Shown: positions 51,911 to 61,362, numbered from the stretch's first letter. The stretch is 64,000 nucleotides of DNA from Syntrophorhabdaceae bacterium (GCA_963666485.2 CAXXUO010000001.1:640001-704000), one strand, 5' to 3'. Notes: generated by a model from the sequence alone, not told the origin. Program-made: numbers and translations.

Positions 51911-52603
51911 ATGATCTATTCTCATGAGGTTCAAAACATGTGCCCGGTAACGAAGGGAGCGGACCACGGCCCCGCGGCGATCCCGCAGGAAGGCAAGTGG
52001 ACGCAGGTAAAAGAGATAAAAGAGATCAACGCCTTTACCCACGGCGTCGGCTGGTGCGCGCCGCAGCAGGGTGCGTGCAAGCTGAGCCTCAATGTGAAGG
52101 ACGGCATCATCGAGGAGGCGCTGGTCGAGGCCATCGGGTGCTCGGGAATGACCCATTCGGCCGCGATGTCCGCAGAGATACTGCCCGGGAAAACGATACT
52201 CGAGGCGCTCAACACGGACCTCGTGTGCGACGCCATAAACACGGCGATGCGGGAGCTGTTCCTCCAGATCGTCTACGGCAGGAGCCAGTCCGCATTTTCG
52301 GAGGGCGGCCTTGCGATCGGTGCCGGGCTTGAAGATCTCGGCAAAGGGCTGCGCAGCCAGGTCGCAACGATGTACGGGACGCGCGCAAAGGGGCCCCGGT
52401 ATCTCGAAATGGCGGAAGGGTACATAACGAAAGTGGCCCTCGATGGCAACAGTGAGATCATCGGCTACGAATTTGTCAGCCTCGGCCGGATGATGGAAAT
52501 GATCGCGCAGGGCATGGATGCGAACGAAGCGCTCAAGAAGGCGTCCGGGAAATACGGGCGCGTCGAAGACGCGGTCAAGCTCATCGACCCGAGACACGAA
52601 TAA
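51911..52603 (+). CDS. IscU/NifU-like scaffold-domain protein (GGGtGRT partner)
   Basis: GWCAPQQGACK, IGCSGMTHS, DLVCDAIN; AGGAGG SD. Confidence 0.85.
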   Translation: MIYSHEVQNMCPVTKGADHGPAAIPQEGKWTQVKEIKEINAFTHGVGWCAPQQGACKLSLNVKDGIIEEALVEAIGCSGMTHSAAMSAEILPGKTILEALNTDLVCDAINTAMRELFLQIVYGRSQSAFSEGGLAIGAGLEDLGKGLRSQVATMYGTRAKGPRYLEMAEGYITKVALDGNSEIIGYEFVSLGRMMEMIAQGMDANEALKKASGKYGRVEDAVKLIDPRHE

Positions 52604-52614
52604 GGAGGCGCGAT

Positions 52615-53613
52615 ATGGCACTATTTGAAAACTACGACAGAAGGATCGGCCAGATAAACGAAACATTGAAGAAATATGGCATCGCCTCGGTAGAGGAAGC
52701 AAAACAGATATGCGATGCAAAGGGGATAGACCCGTACAAGATAGCCAAGGAGACACAGCCGATCTGCTTCGAGAATGCCGGGTGGGCCTACGTGGTCGGC
52801 GCCGCCATCGCGATCAAGAAAGGGTGTACGAAGGCGGCCGACGCGGCCGAGGCCATCGGCGAAGGGCTGCAGTCGTTCTGCCTGCCCGGTTCCGTCGCGG
52901 ACGACAGGAAGGTCGGCCTGGGGCACGGCAACCTCGCCGCGATGCTCTTGAGGGAAAACACCAAATGCTTCGCGTTCCTTGCGGGCCATGAGTCTTTCGC
53001 GGCCGCAGAAGGCGCTATCGGCATTGCAAAGTCGGCGAACAAGGTCCGCAAGGAGCCTCTCAAGGTCATCCTGAACGGGCTCGGAAAGGACGCCGCGCAG
53101 ATCATCTCGCGGATCAACGGGTTCACGTACGTGAAGACCCGCTTCGATTACCTCTCCGGAAAGCTCGAGATCGTTGAGGAGAAAGAGTACTCACAAGGCG
53201 ACCGCGGAGCCGTCAGGTGCTACGGCGCCGACGACGTCCGTGAAGGCGTCGCGATCATGCAGTACGAGAAGGTCGATGTCTCGATCACCGGCAACTCCAC
53301 GAACCCGACACGGTTCCAGCATCCCGTCGCCGGCACGTATAAAAAAGAATGCGTCGAAGCCGGCAGGAAATACTTTTCCGTCGCTTCCGGTGGAGGCACG
53401 GGCAGGACGCTGCACCCCGACAACATGGCAGCCGGGCCTGCATCCTACGGCATGACGGACACGATGGGACGGATGCATTCTGACGCCCAGTTCGCCGGAT
53501 CATCATCGGTCCCCGCACACGTCGAGATGATGGGCTTCCTCGGCATGGGGAACAACCCCATGGTCGGTGCCACCGTCGCGGTGGCAGTCGCCCTCGAGCA
53601 GGCTTCGAAATAG
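52615..53613 (+). CDS. GGGtGRT-family protein
   Basis: SGGGTGRTLHPDN signature; QPICFENA; AGHESFAAAEG. Confidence 0.92.
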   Translation: MALFENYDRRIGQINETLKKYGIASVEEAKQICDAKGIDPYKIAKETQPICFENAGWAYVVGAAIAIKKGCTKAADAAEAIGEGLQSFCLPGSVADDRKVGLGHGNLAAMLLRENTKCFAFLAGHESFAAAEGAIGIAKSANKVRKEPLKVILNGLGKDAAQIISRINGFTYVKTRFDYLSGKLEIVEEKEYSQGDRGAVRCYGADDVREGVAIMQYEKVDVSITGNSTNPTRFQHPVAGTYKKECVEAGRKYFSVASGGGTGRTLHPDNMAAGPASYGMTDTMGRMHSDAQFAGSSSVPAHVEMMGFLGMGNNPMVGATVAVAVALEQASK

Positions 53614-53704
53614 CCATACCTGATCGTACGTCTTATAAGCCGGGAAAGCGTGACCCGAAAAGGCACAGCTTCCCCGGCTTTCTTTTTCAGGGGTGTCGGG
53701 TCGA

Positions 53705-54322
53705 TCAGAACCGGCAATACCGGGAAAATTCTTTGAGGAACCGATCACGGCCGGCATACCGTATTGCCTGAAGGCCGGCCGCACGCGCCCGTGCACAGTG
53801 GGCCTCGTCGTCGTCGATAAAAAGCGCCCGTTCCGGCCTGTCATTCATCCGGGTCACGATATCGGTAAATTGGGATACCTCGGCCTTGCTCTTTCCAAGA
53901 TGATAACTGTTGTAAACCGCATCGAACGATGCGAAGAAACCGAGCCGGGCATCGAGCTCGTCGAGCCAGTTGGTCTGGTCGCTCAGGATGGCGACCTTGC
54001 AACCGGCATCCTTCAGTTTGGATACGATGTCGAACATGAAGGAACGCAGGATAAACCGTGAGAGGATCTCGTTCTTAAGGTCGTTGTCGTTCCCCCTGGC
54101 GCCCAGCTTCTCGCGTATCGTCTGCCAGTACGCGGCCTCGTCTGACCTTCCCACAAGATACCCGGTGCTGTAGATGAGTTCCCGGGCACGTTGAAAAAAT
54201 TCTTCTTCGTTAAGCCCGTTCTTGCGCGCGATCGCGTGGAGCCCTTTTGCAAATCCCTCCTCCGCAAGAACGCCGCCGAAATCAAACAATACCGTGTCAA
54301 TGCCGCATGCTTCAGGTCTCAT
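53705..54322 (-). CDS. HAD-family phosphatase
   Basis: FDFGGVL, LSDQT, FIDD. Confidence 0.85.
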   Translation of the reverse strand: MRPEACGIDTVLFDFGGVLAEEGFAKGLHAIARKNGLNEEEFFQRARELIYSTGYLVGRSDEAAYWQTIREKLGARGNDNDLKNEILSRFILRSFMFDIVSKLKDAGCKVAILSDQTNWLDELDARLGFFASFDAVYNSYHLGKSKAEVSQFTDIVTRMNDRPERALFIDDDEAHCARARAAGLQAIRYAGRDRFLKEFSRYCRF

Positions 54323-54431
54323 CCGCTTTCCCTCACAGTAACATAACACTGCCTTAAAGGTCGGCGATAGTTTGTCTTTCTTCGTGCCTATTTTCAATTG
54401 AAAAATGAGGTCCGTTTGATTATAGTGGTGC

Positions 54432-55790
54432 ATGTCCCGCGGAAAACTCCTTGTCGTCGATGACGACCGAAATCTCCTGGAATTACTTGGCATGACACTC
54501 ACGGCATCGGATTACGAGGTCGCCACGGTAAAAGATGGCGCAGCAGCCCTTGATGCTATCAGGAACGCGGTCTTCGACCTTGCGGTCGTCGATCTTAAGC
54601 TTCCCGACACGGACGGCATAACCCTTATGGGCGAGATCCACCAGATCAACCCCGAGGTGCCCGTCATCATCCTTACCGCGCACTCGAGCGTCAAGAGCGC
54701 CGTCGACGCGATCCGTATGGGTGCTTTCAATTACCTGGAGAAACCTTTCGATCCGGATATCCTCATTATGCACATCGAGCGTGCGCTGGACAACAGCAGG
54801 CTCCACCATGAGGTCAAAAGACTGGAGGGGATACTGGAGGAACGATACACTTTTTCCAATATCATCGCCAACAGCCCGCGGATGAAGTCCGTTCTCAGTC
54901 TCGTTGCACGTGTGGCCGCAACGGATTCGACGGTCTACGTCCACGGCGAGAGCGGAACGGGAAAAGAGGTTGTCGCAAAAGCGCTTCATTTTGCAAGCTC
55001 CCGGAAAGACCGGGTATTCACCGCGATCAACTGTGCGGCGATACCCGAGGCCCTCCTGGAAAGCGAGCTTTTTGGCTATGAAAAAGGGGCGTTTACCGGT
55101 GCGATCCGGAGTTCGCGGGGCCTTTTTGCCCAGACGGACGGCGGCACCCTCTTGCTCGACGAGATCGGCGATATGCCGCTTTCCCTGCAGGCAAAGCTCC
55201 TGAGGGTCCTGCAGGACCAGCAATTTTACCCCCTGGGGAGCGAAAAACCCTGCGAGGTCGACGTCCGTCTCATCGTCGCCACGAACAAGGACCTCGAAGA
55301 GGAAGTGAAGAACGGGTCTTTTCGCGAGGACCTCTATTACAGGATACACGTCATCCCGGTCTACGTCCCGCCATTGCGCGAGAGAAAGGAAGACATCATC
55401 CCGCTCGCCGAGCATTTCCTTAAGAAGGCATCCGAAAAAATGAACAAGGACATAAAAGGGTTCATGCCTATGGCCCTCCAGAAACTGATGCTGTACGATT
55501 GGCCCGGCAATGTGCGGGAGTTGGAAAATGCGGTCGAGTATGCCGTCGTCACGAGCCGCATGGACCTCATCACTGAAGAATGTATCCTCCCCCGGAAAGA
55601 AAAGGCTTCCCTTTCCCCCAAGTCATACAGGGAAGCAAAAGAAGACTTTGAGCGCGAATATGTCAGCTGGGTACTCGAGATGGCAAAGGGCAATGTGAGC
55701 AAGGCGGCCTCTCTTGCAGGGAAGTACCGGGCGGATTTCTACACTCTTCTCAAGAAATATGATCTTAAACCGGAAACATTCAAGAAATAG
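54432..55790 (+). CDS. Sigma-54-dependent response regulator (NtrC/GlrR-like)
   Basis: Receiver domain; GESGTGKE; GAFTGA; WPGNVRELEN; C-terminal HTH (NVSKAASLAGKYRADFYTLLKKY). Confidence 0.93.
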   Translation: MSRGKLLVVDDDRNLLELLGMTLTASDYEVATVKDGAAALDAIRNAVFDLAVVDLKLPDTDGITLMGEIHQINPEVPVIILTAHSSVKSAVDAIRMGAFNYLEKPFDPDILIMHIERALDNSRLHHEVKRLEGILEERYTFSNIIANSPRMKSVLSLVARVAATDSTVYVHGESGTGKEVVAKALHFASSRKDRVFTAINCAAIPEALLESELFGYEKGAFTGAIRSSRGLFAQTDGGTLLLDEIGDMPLSLQAKLLRVLQDQQFYPLGSEKPCEVDVRLIVATNKDLEEEVKNGSFREDLYYRIHVIPVYVPPLRERKEDIIPLAEHFLKKASEKMNKDIKGFMPMALQKLMLYDWPGNVRELENAVEYAVVTSRMDLITEECILPRKEKASLSPKSYREAKEDFEREYVSWVLEMAKGNVSKAASLAGKYRADFYTLLKKYDLKPETFKK

Positions 55791-55960
55791 TGTATAGTTT
55801 TCGATACACTTATTGTTCTTCCATATTTTCAATATCTTAGGAAAATCACCCCACGTCAGATGAGTATAACAACTGTATGAAAAGTCATACACACGCCCGT
55901 GTGCTCTTTCCTTAATGTCCAATGATATCAACAAGATAAATATCTGGCATGCATATTGTA
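55791..55960 (+). promoter_or_regulatory. Putative enhancer pair plus sigma-54 promoter
   Basis: TGTA-N10-TACA at 55791-55808 and 55874-55891; TGGCATGCATATTGTA at 55945-55960 (GT instead of GC at -12). Confidence 0.55.
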
Positions 55961-55994
55961 TATAAGAAAGCGTAATGCCGGAAGGAGGCATGTC

Positions 55995-56225
55995 ATGAAA
56001 ACACTCAGGATGATTACAGCGCTGATAGTACTGGCAACCATGATTACCGGATGTTCGAGCATGTCGACAACGCAGCAAAGGGCCTTAAGCGGAGGAGCCA
56101 TCGGTGCCGGGGGCGGAGCAGCCCTGACGGTCCTGACGGGGGGGAGCATTTTGATGGGAACGGCCATAGGGGCCGGTGTCGGTGCTGTCGGGGGATTGAT
56201 CTACGATGATATCAAGAAAAAATAA
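55995..56225 (+). CDS. Glycine-zipper lipoprotein
   Basis: AGGAGG SD; lipobox ITGC; GAIGAGGGA...GAGVGAVGG. Confidence 0.8.
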   Translation: MKTLRMITALIVLATMITGCSSMSTTQQRALSGGAIGAGGGAALTVLTGGSILMGTAIGAGVGAVGGLIYDDIKKK

Positions 56226-56718
56226 CCCGTTCCGCTTGAGTGCGGTCATCTGTGCCCTCTTTTTATCCCTGTGCGCTGGCGTGTTGTGGACGGGACCGGC
56301 GACCGCCGAGGTAAACGTCTCTATCGGGGTTTTCGCACCCCCGCCCCCGGTGGTCGTAGCCGGTCCGCCCCCCATGACTGTTATGCCGGGCCCCTACTAC
56401 GTGTATTACGCACCCGAAGTTCCGGCCGGACTTTTCTTCTACCAGGGCGCCTGGTGGCGCCCCCATGAAGGTCACTGGTTCAGGGCATATTCATATAAAG
56501 GACCCTGGAGGTACATCGATAATGATCACACGCCTACCCCAATCCTGCGGCTTCCAGCCGATTATCGCCAGGTACCTCCAGGGCATTACAAAGTGACGCA
56601 CGGCCAGATGAAGAAACACTGGAAAGAGTGGGAAAAATCCCGGCGCTGGGACCGGGACCAGGGACCGCGCGGACGCCACGCGGTCGCCGGTCCGTACAGG
56701 GCAGAGGGGCACAGATAA
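56206..56718 (+). CDS. Exported Pro/Trp-rich hypothetical protein
   Basis: Signal peptide ending ATA; VNVSIGVFAPPPPVVV; FFYQGAWW...GHWFR...GPW. Confidence 0.7.
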   Translation: MISRKNNPFRLSAVICALFLSLCAGVLWTGPATAEVNVSIGVFAPPPPVVVAGPPPMTVMPGPYYVYYAPEVPAGLFFYQGAWWRPHEGHWFRAYSYKGPWRYIDNDHTPTPILRLPADYRQVPPGHYKVTHGQMKKHWKEWEKSRRWDRDQGPRGRHAVAGPYRAEGHR

Positions 56719-57115
56719 CAAAACGGTTCCACGTTCCAGGTTCCACGTTCCACGCTAAAGGATTTCGCTTGGACTATAAAATGGTCCAATCATTAACCGT
56801 TTGTGATCGGGGCGTTGCGTTTCGGTCCGTCTCTTCCGTGGAAACAGATAAAAAACGGTTCCAGGTTCCAGGTTCCACGCTAAAGGACTTCGCTTGGACT
56901 GTAAATGGTCCGATCATTAGGCGTTTGTGATCGGGCCGTTGCGTTTCGGTCCGTCTCTTCCGTGGAAACAGATAAAAAACGGTTCCACGTTCCAGGTTCC
57001 ACGTTCCACGCTAAAGGATTTCGCTTGGACTATAAAATGGTCCAATCATTAACCGTTTGTGATCGGGGCGTTGCGTTTCGGTCCGTCTCTTCCGTGGAAC
57101 GTGGAACGTGGAACG
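56711..57115. repeat. Three tandem 124-133-bp units, each led by a GTTCCAC heptamer array and closed by an inverted (GTGGAAC)x3
   Basis: Units start at 56711, 56844 and 56968; the cores of units 1 and 3 read identically, unit 2 is diverged. Confidence 0.85.
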
Positions 57116-57237
57116 GGTCTTTTTACACCGGCCGGGTGTCAAGACTGACAACAGCTGGCTGTCAAGAATGAGGTCGATTCGGAGCGAACGACCGGTCTTG
57201 CTGCCCTGTAATGTATTGAAATTGTTACATCCGCAAC

Positions 57238-57254
57238 CCGGCATGAATTTTGCT
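57238..57254 (+). promoter_or_regulatory. Putative sigma-54 -24/-12 promoter
   Basis: CCGGCATGAATTTTGCT: GG at 57240 and GC at 57252, canonical spacing, about 30 nt upstream of an SD and ATG. Confidence 0.6.
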
Positions 57255-57285
57255 ATTCAATGTATGACACACATTGGGAGGGAAG

Positions 57286-57537
57286 ATGGGCCGGAAAATT
57301 ACTTCAGAATTGTCCCCGGCGGTGACTGAAAAAAAACAACGCCGCGCACTGCGCCGCGACCACCTCGAGAAATATGAGGGGTTCGTGTTTCCGCACGGAT
57401 CGCATGCGGTCCTCGCGGAAGGAAAAGATTGCGAATTCAGGGATTTCTGCAACCGGCTTTACTACATAGACGGGGAATGCAGGTGCACGACCTCCTGGAG
57501 AAGGTCGGCGGGCCTTGCACTGCCAGTGTCGGCCTGA
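57286..57537 (+). CDS. Small Cys-containing hypothetical protein
   Basis: GGGAGG SD; 83 aa; C-x5-C-x9-C-x-C. Confidence 0.55.
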   Translation: MGRKITSELSPAVTEKKQRRALRRDHLEKYEGFVFPHGSHAVLAEGKDCEFRDFCNRLYYIDGECRCTTSWRRSAGLALPVSA

Positions 57538-57608
57538 TTTCTGTTATACAAAGTTTACAAATATAGATTTTTGTGCTTTAATAGACGTTTATTACGCAGG
57601 GAGGGACG

Positions 57609-57878
57609 ATGAAGACAAACACCATTTCACAGGGCGGCGACCTCTTGAGGCAGGCGAAGCTTGCGCGCGAGGGAAAGGCGGCGGGCAAAAAAGAACAGGC
57701 GAGGCCGGTGGAAGAAAAGGTCGATCTCTCGACGCGGGCCTCATCCTCTGTATTGCCTCATGTGCCCCCGACGTATGATGAAGTACTGGAACTTCTCTAT
57801 GGAACGGACTTCAGCGCGCTCAAGGACACGAACTGGATCTCCCCGGAGGCCATGTCAAGCCTGCAGGCCCTTCTTTAG
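57609..57878 (+). CDS. Small hypothetical protein
   Basis: GGAGG SD; 89 aa. Confidence 0.55.
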   Translation: MKTNTISQGGDLLRQAKLAREGKAAGKKEQARPVEEKVDLSTRASSSVLPHVPPTYDEVLELLYGTDFSALKDTNWISPEAMSSLQALL

Positions 57879-57906
57879 GTATCGGCTGAAGAAATAACGT
57901 GAAGCG

Positions 57907-58530
57907 TTATTTAGCGGGTGCCTTCTGCTGTTTGGCAGCCGGCTTGCGCGATGCTTTCGCATCATCCTTTCCCACCCAGGACACGTAATACTCTTCGATG
58001 GTGATGACCCCGTCACCGTTTACATCCATCGTTTTCGCCATTTCCTTCATTCTGTCGATATATTCTTCCCGGGAAAGCCTCCCGTTCTTGTCGCCGTCGA
58101 GATCAACGAAACGGCCCGACCAGAACAGGACACATTCATCCTTGCCCAATTTTCCGTCTTTATTTGCATCCATGAGTTTGGAACGCGATTTCTTCTTCCC
58201 CATTTTTACCGGTTTTTTTACATTGCCTGCATCCTTGTCCGTCCCGCACCAGTAGATCGCCCATTCTTCGACCGTAACCGAACCGTCCTTGTTGATGTCC
58301 GCATCGTCGAAATTTTTATGCCGCGCCGACACATATTCATCATGGGTCAATTTTCCGTCTTTATCCGCGTCCTCGCTCTTATACCTCTCGTCGAGCGCTT
58401 TTCGCATTTCCGTCCCCGTAATGACCCCGTTCTTATCCGCATCCGCTTTGTCGTGAAACGATTGAGCAAACGCAATCCCCATCGGGATGACCAGCAGCAG
58501 CGCCGCAACCACTAAAACCGATCTTCTCAT
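57907..58530 (-). CDS. Exported multi-EF-hand protein
   Basis: Signal peptide ending AFA; six DxDxDG-type loops (e.g. DINKDGSVTVEE, DVNGDGVITIEE). Confidence 0.88.
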   Translation of the reverse strand: MRRSVLVVAALLLVIPMGIAFAQSFHDKADADKNGVITGTEMRKALDERYKSEDADKDGKLTHDEYVSARHKNFDDADINKDGSVTVEEWAIYWCGTDKDAGNVKKPVKMGKKKSRSKLMDANKDGKLGKDECVLFWSGRFVDLDGDKNGRLSREEYIDRMKEMAKTMDVNGDGVITIEEYYVSWVGKDDAKASRKPAAKQQKAPAK

Positions 58531-58615
58531 GATCTCTCCTTTTTAAACACCCTCCGAACCCTTTTTATATCTCCTTACTCCTCACTTTCTTATCTTTTAG
58601 CACAGTACCGGAACG

Positions 58616-58662
58616 AAAAAAAGGCAGGCGAAGCGGTCTTAAGCGCCCTACCTGCCTTTTTT
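58616..58662. terminator. Terminator hairpin
   Basis: AAAAAAAGGCAGG...CCTGCCTTTTTT. Confidence 0.65.
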
Positions 58663-58677
58663 GTCAATTTTCCCTTA

Positions 58678-59187
58678 TTACTGTTTCTGCCAGCCGGTTG
58701 CCGTCGTGTACTTGTAGAACGGCCCGCCCAACTGTTTCACCCGCGCATAGTCCGGGGTGAGAATAAAATTCTCTTTCAAGGCCCCCGTGGAGTCGTCGGG
58801 TGTAACTTTTTCGAGAACGAACCATTTATGCTTGCTGAAATCGTAGACGGCCACTTCGTGAAGGCCGGCTGCGAGGGCGAGCTTGTTGTTGACCTGGTTC
58901 ACATACCCTTCAACTTTGCTGCGTGTGATGGTGACCATCCTCAGCCTTTCAGCCCGGTTCCCGTTCGGTTCATAAACGAGGGCCCCGCGGAAGCCATAGA
59001 GCAGGACCATTGTCTGACTGGACACACCTTTGAATGCGGGACTGCCCATATCTTCGTTGTTCCGGGGGTTCCAACCGTCCCATTGCGGCCCCCTCGCAGA
59101 TGGCGCCTTCACATCGCCGGCCAGGGCAACCGAGATGATGCACATAACAACTACTCCGAGTGTTGCGAAAAATACCATTCTTTTCAT
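58678..59187 (-). CDS. Exported hypothetical protein
   Basis: AGGAGG SD; signal peptide ending ALA. Confidence 0.65.
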   Translation of the reverse strand: MKRMVFFATLGVVVMCIISVALAGDVKAPSARGPQWDGWNPRNNEDMGSPAFKGVSSQTMVLLYGFRGALVYEPNGNRAERLRMVTITRSKVEGYVNQVNNKLALAAGLHEVAVYDFSKHKWFVLEKVTPDDSTGALKENFILTPDYARVKQLGGPFYKYTTATGWQKQ

Positions 59188-59269
59188 GGGTACCTCCTTT
59201 TGGCCTTGCCTGTAGTTTGTCGCGAGGCAATCATTTCGCGATATTCTACAACGGTGCCGCGGTTCATGA

Positions 59270-59285
59270 TGTGACATATATCACA
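59270..59285. promoter_or_regulatory. CRP/FNR-family operator
   Basis: Perfect TGTGA-N6-TCACA in a divergent intergenic region. Confidence 0.6.
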
Positions 59286-59426
59286 TTACAGAAAAGGCAT
59301 CAAAATAAATCTGCATGCCCCGCCTGTTGTTGCGAGCGGAGCTTTTTTGCTGCAATTTTCTTGAAATCCTTCGATGAGCAAGGTAATGAATAAGTGCTTG
59401 CGCAAACAACGTTCTGAAAGGCACGC

Positions 59427-61337
59427 ATGGAAAGCATACTGCTCAACCGGATATACGGGAAAATAAGGCCGCACCTCGCCGGTCCCGATGATCCATACCT
59501 CGTGGCATCTATCGGGGAACAAAAACTGTACGTGTGTGCCGGGAAGACGGTGACCGGGGTCTACGCGGCGTCAACGTCGCGACTCGGGGTGGGCATCAGG
59601 GAAGATTCACTGAAGACGCCGCCGGGAGTCCACCGGGTATGCGAGAAGATAGGCGCCGATGCGCCCGAGGGCCGTATTTTCAGGGACCGCGAGGACACCG
59701 GGGTAGACTGGGACCACACGTCGGACGAAGAGAACATCATACTGACCCGCATCCTTCGTCTTGAAGGGCTTGAACCGGGCATAAACCGCGGACCTGGTGT
59801 CGATACGTACGAGCGGTATGTCTACATACACGGAACGAACCGGGAGAACGATGTCGGCACGCCGTTTTCCAACGGATGCATATGCCTTCGCAACGCGGAC
59901 ATTGTCTCGTTGTTCGATCTCGTCCCGGAGGGCACGGTCCTTTACATAGACCCTCCGCCCCTCGTGATCAACGGATATCCCCTGAAGAACGTCCATTTTA
60001 CCGGCATCTTCGGGACCGGGATGAGCGCGCTTGCCCAGTACTTGAGGTTCTGCGGGATAGAGGTTTCCGGGTCCGACCGTCTTCTCGCGAGCCCCGATAC
60101 ACAGGAAATGATGGAAAGCCTGAAGCTCCTCGGCTGCGTGATCGCTCACCAGGACGGGTCCGGGGTGACGGAGGGCACGGATGCCCTGTGCATATCGACG
60201 GCGATCGAGGAAACAAACCCCGACATCGCCGCCGCACGCAGCCGCGGTATCCCGATAATTCACCGCTCGGACCTTCTCGCGGGCATAATAGCATCGAAGA
60301 GGACCGTTGCCGTCGCGGGAACGAGCGGGAAATCGACGGTCACCGCCATGATATTCGAATGCCTCGATGCCTGCGGCATGTCCCCGTCGCTCATCAGCGG
60401 GGCGCCCCTCATCAGGCTCGAGGCGGGAGGCCTTATCGGGAACGCCTATTCGGGAGGGTCTGACCTGCTTGTTGTCGAGGCCGATGAAAGCGACGGGACC
60501 CTTGCGAAATACTCGCCGGACATATCGGTGATACTCAACGTCTCGAAGGACCACAAGACGATAGAGGAGATCACCTCCCTTTTCGCCGGCCTTATCGAAC
60601 GGTCGTCGTGGACAGCAACGAACAATGACGACCCGATACTCGCGAACCTTCCGGCAACTGTCCGTTTCGGCAGGAACAGGGCCGCGGCATGGCACCCCGA
60701 CCGGGAAGACCTCCATCCTTTATCGGTGAGCCTCACGCGCTGCGGCATCGAATACCGCCTGCCCGTTCCCGGGGAACATAGCCTCGAGAACCTCAAGGCG
60801 GCCCTGTGCGTGTGCGAGCACCTCGGGTGCGGCGGCGACGCCCTTGCGCGCGCTGTCGGGAATTTCGCCGGGGTCGCGCGCAGGTTCACGATAGTTCACA
60901 CGAAAAGCGGCGTAACAGTTATCGACGACTTCGCCCACAACCCGGCCAAGATCGCGGCCGCCATTACCGCGGCGCACGGCACAGCAGACCGGCTCATCGC
61001 CGCCTATCAGCCCCACGGTTTCGGTCCGACACGGTTTCTCAAGGACGAATACATCGCGTCGTTTCAGAAAATATTCCGCCCCGGCGATGAACTCTACCTT
61101 CTGCCCATTTACTACGCTGGCGGCACCGCGCAAAAAGACATATCCTCTCAGGACATCATCGATGGACTCGGAAAAGTCCCATTCCACGCCGAAGCCGTCA
61201 AAGACCGGGATGAGCTCGTTGAAAAAATAAGTTCGAGCGCCCGGCCCGGCGACTGCGTCATCGTCATGGGCGCCCGCGATCCGTCACTACCGGCCCTCGT
61301 CAGGAAAATAGTTGATATTTTCGGTGGGGAAGAATAG
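59427..61337 (+). CDS. L,D-transpeptidase (YkuD) domain fused to a MurC/Mpl-like ligase
   Basis: N-terminal KTPPG...YIHGT...SNGCICL; C-terminal GIFGTGMSALA, GTSGKST, EADESDG, DDFAHNP; no signal peptide. Confidence 0.85.
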   Translation: MESILLNRIYGKIRPHLAGPDDPYLVASIGEQKLYVCAGKTVTGVYAASTSRLGVGIREDSLKTPPGVHRVCEKIGADAPEGRIFRDREDTGVDWDHTSDEENIILTRILRLEGLEPGINRGPGVDTYERYVYIHGTNRENDVGTPFSNGCICLRNADIVSLFDLVPEGTVLYIDPPPLVINGYPLKNVHFTGIFGTGMSALAQYLRFCGIEVSGSDRLLASPDTQEMMESLKLLGCVIAHQDGSGVTEGTDALCISTAIEETNPDIAAARSRGIPIIHRSDLLAGIIASKRTVAVAGTSGKSTVTAMIFECLDACGMSPSLISGAPLIRLEAGGLIGNAYSGGSDLLVVEADESDGTLAKYSPDISVILNVSKDHKTIEEITSLFAGLIERSSWTATNNDDPILANLPATVRFGRNRAAAWHPDREDLHPLSVSLTRCGIEYRLPVPGEHSLENLKAALCVCEHLGCGGDALARAVGNFAGVARRFTIVHTKSGVTVIDDFAHNPAKIAAAITAAHGTADRLIAAYQPHGFGPTRFLKDEYIASFQKIFRPGDELYLLPIYYAGGTAQKDISSQDIIDGLGKVPFHAEAVKDRDELVEKISSSARPGDCVIVMGARDPSLPALVRKIVDIFGGEE

Positions 61338-61362
61338 TTCAAAGCGGTGCCATAGGACTTCT

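Noticed and set aside
56711..57115. CRISPR array
   Set aside because: Whole units repeat; there are no unique spacers.
57609..57878. FlgM anti-sigma factor
   Set aside because: Only the short EKVDLS resemblance; the conserved FlgM C-terminus and flagellar context are missing.
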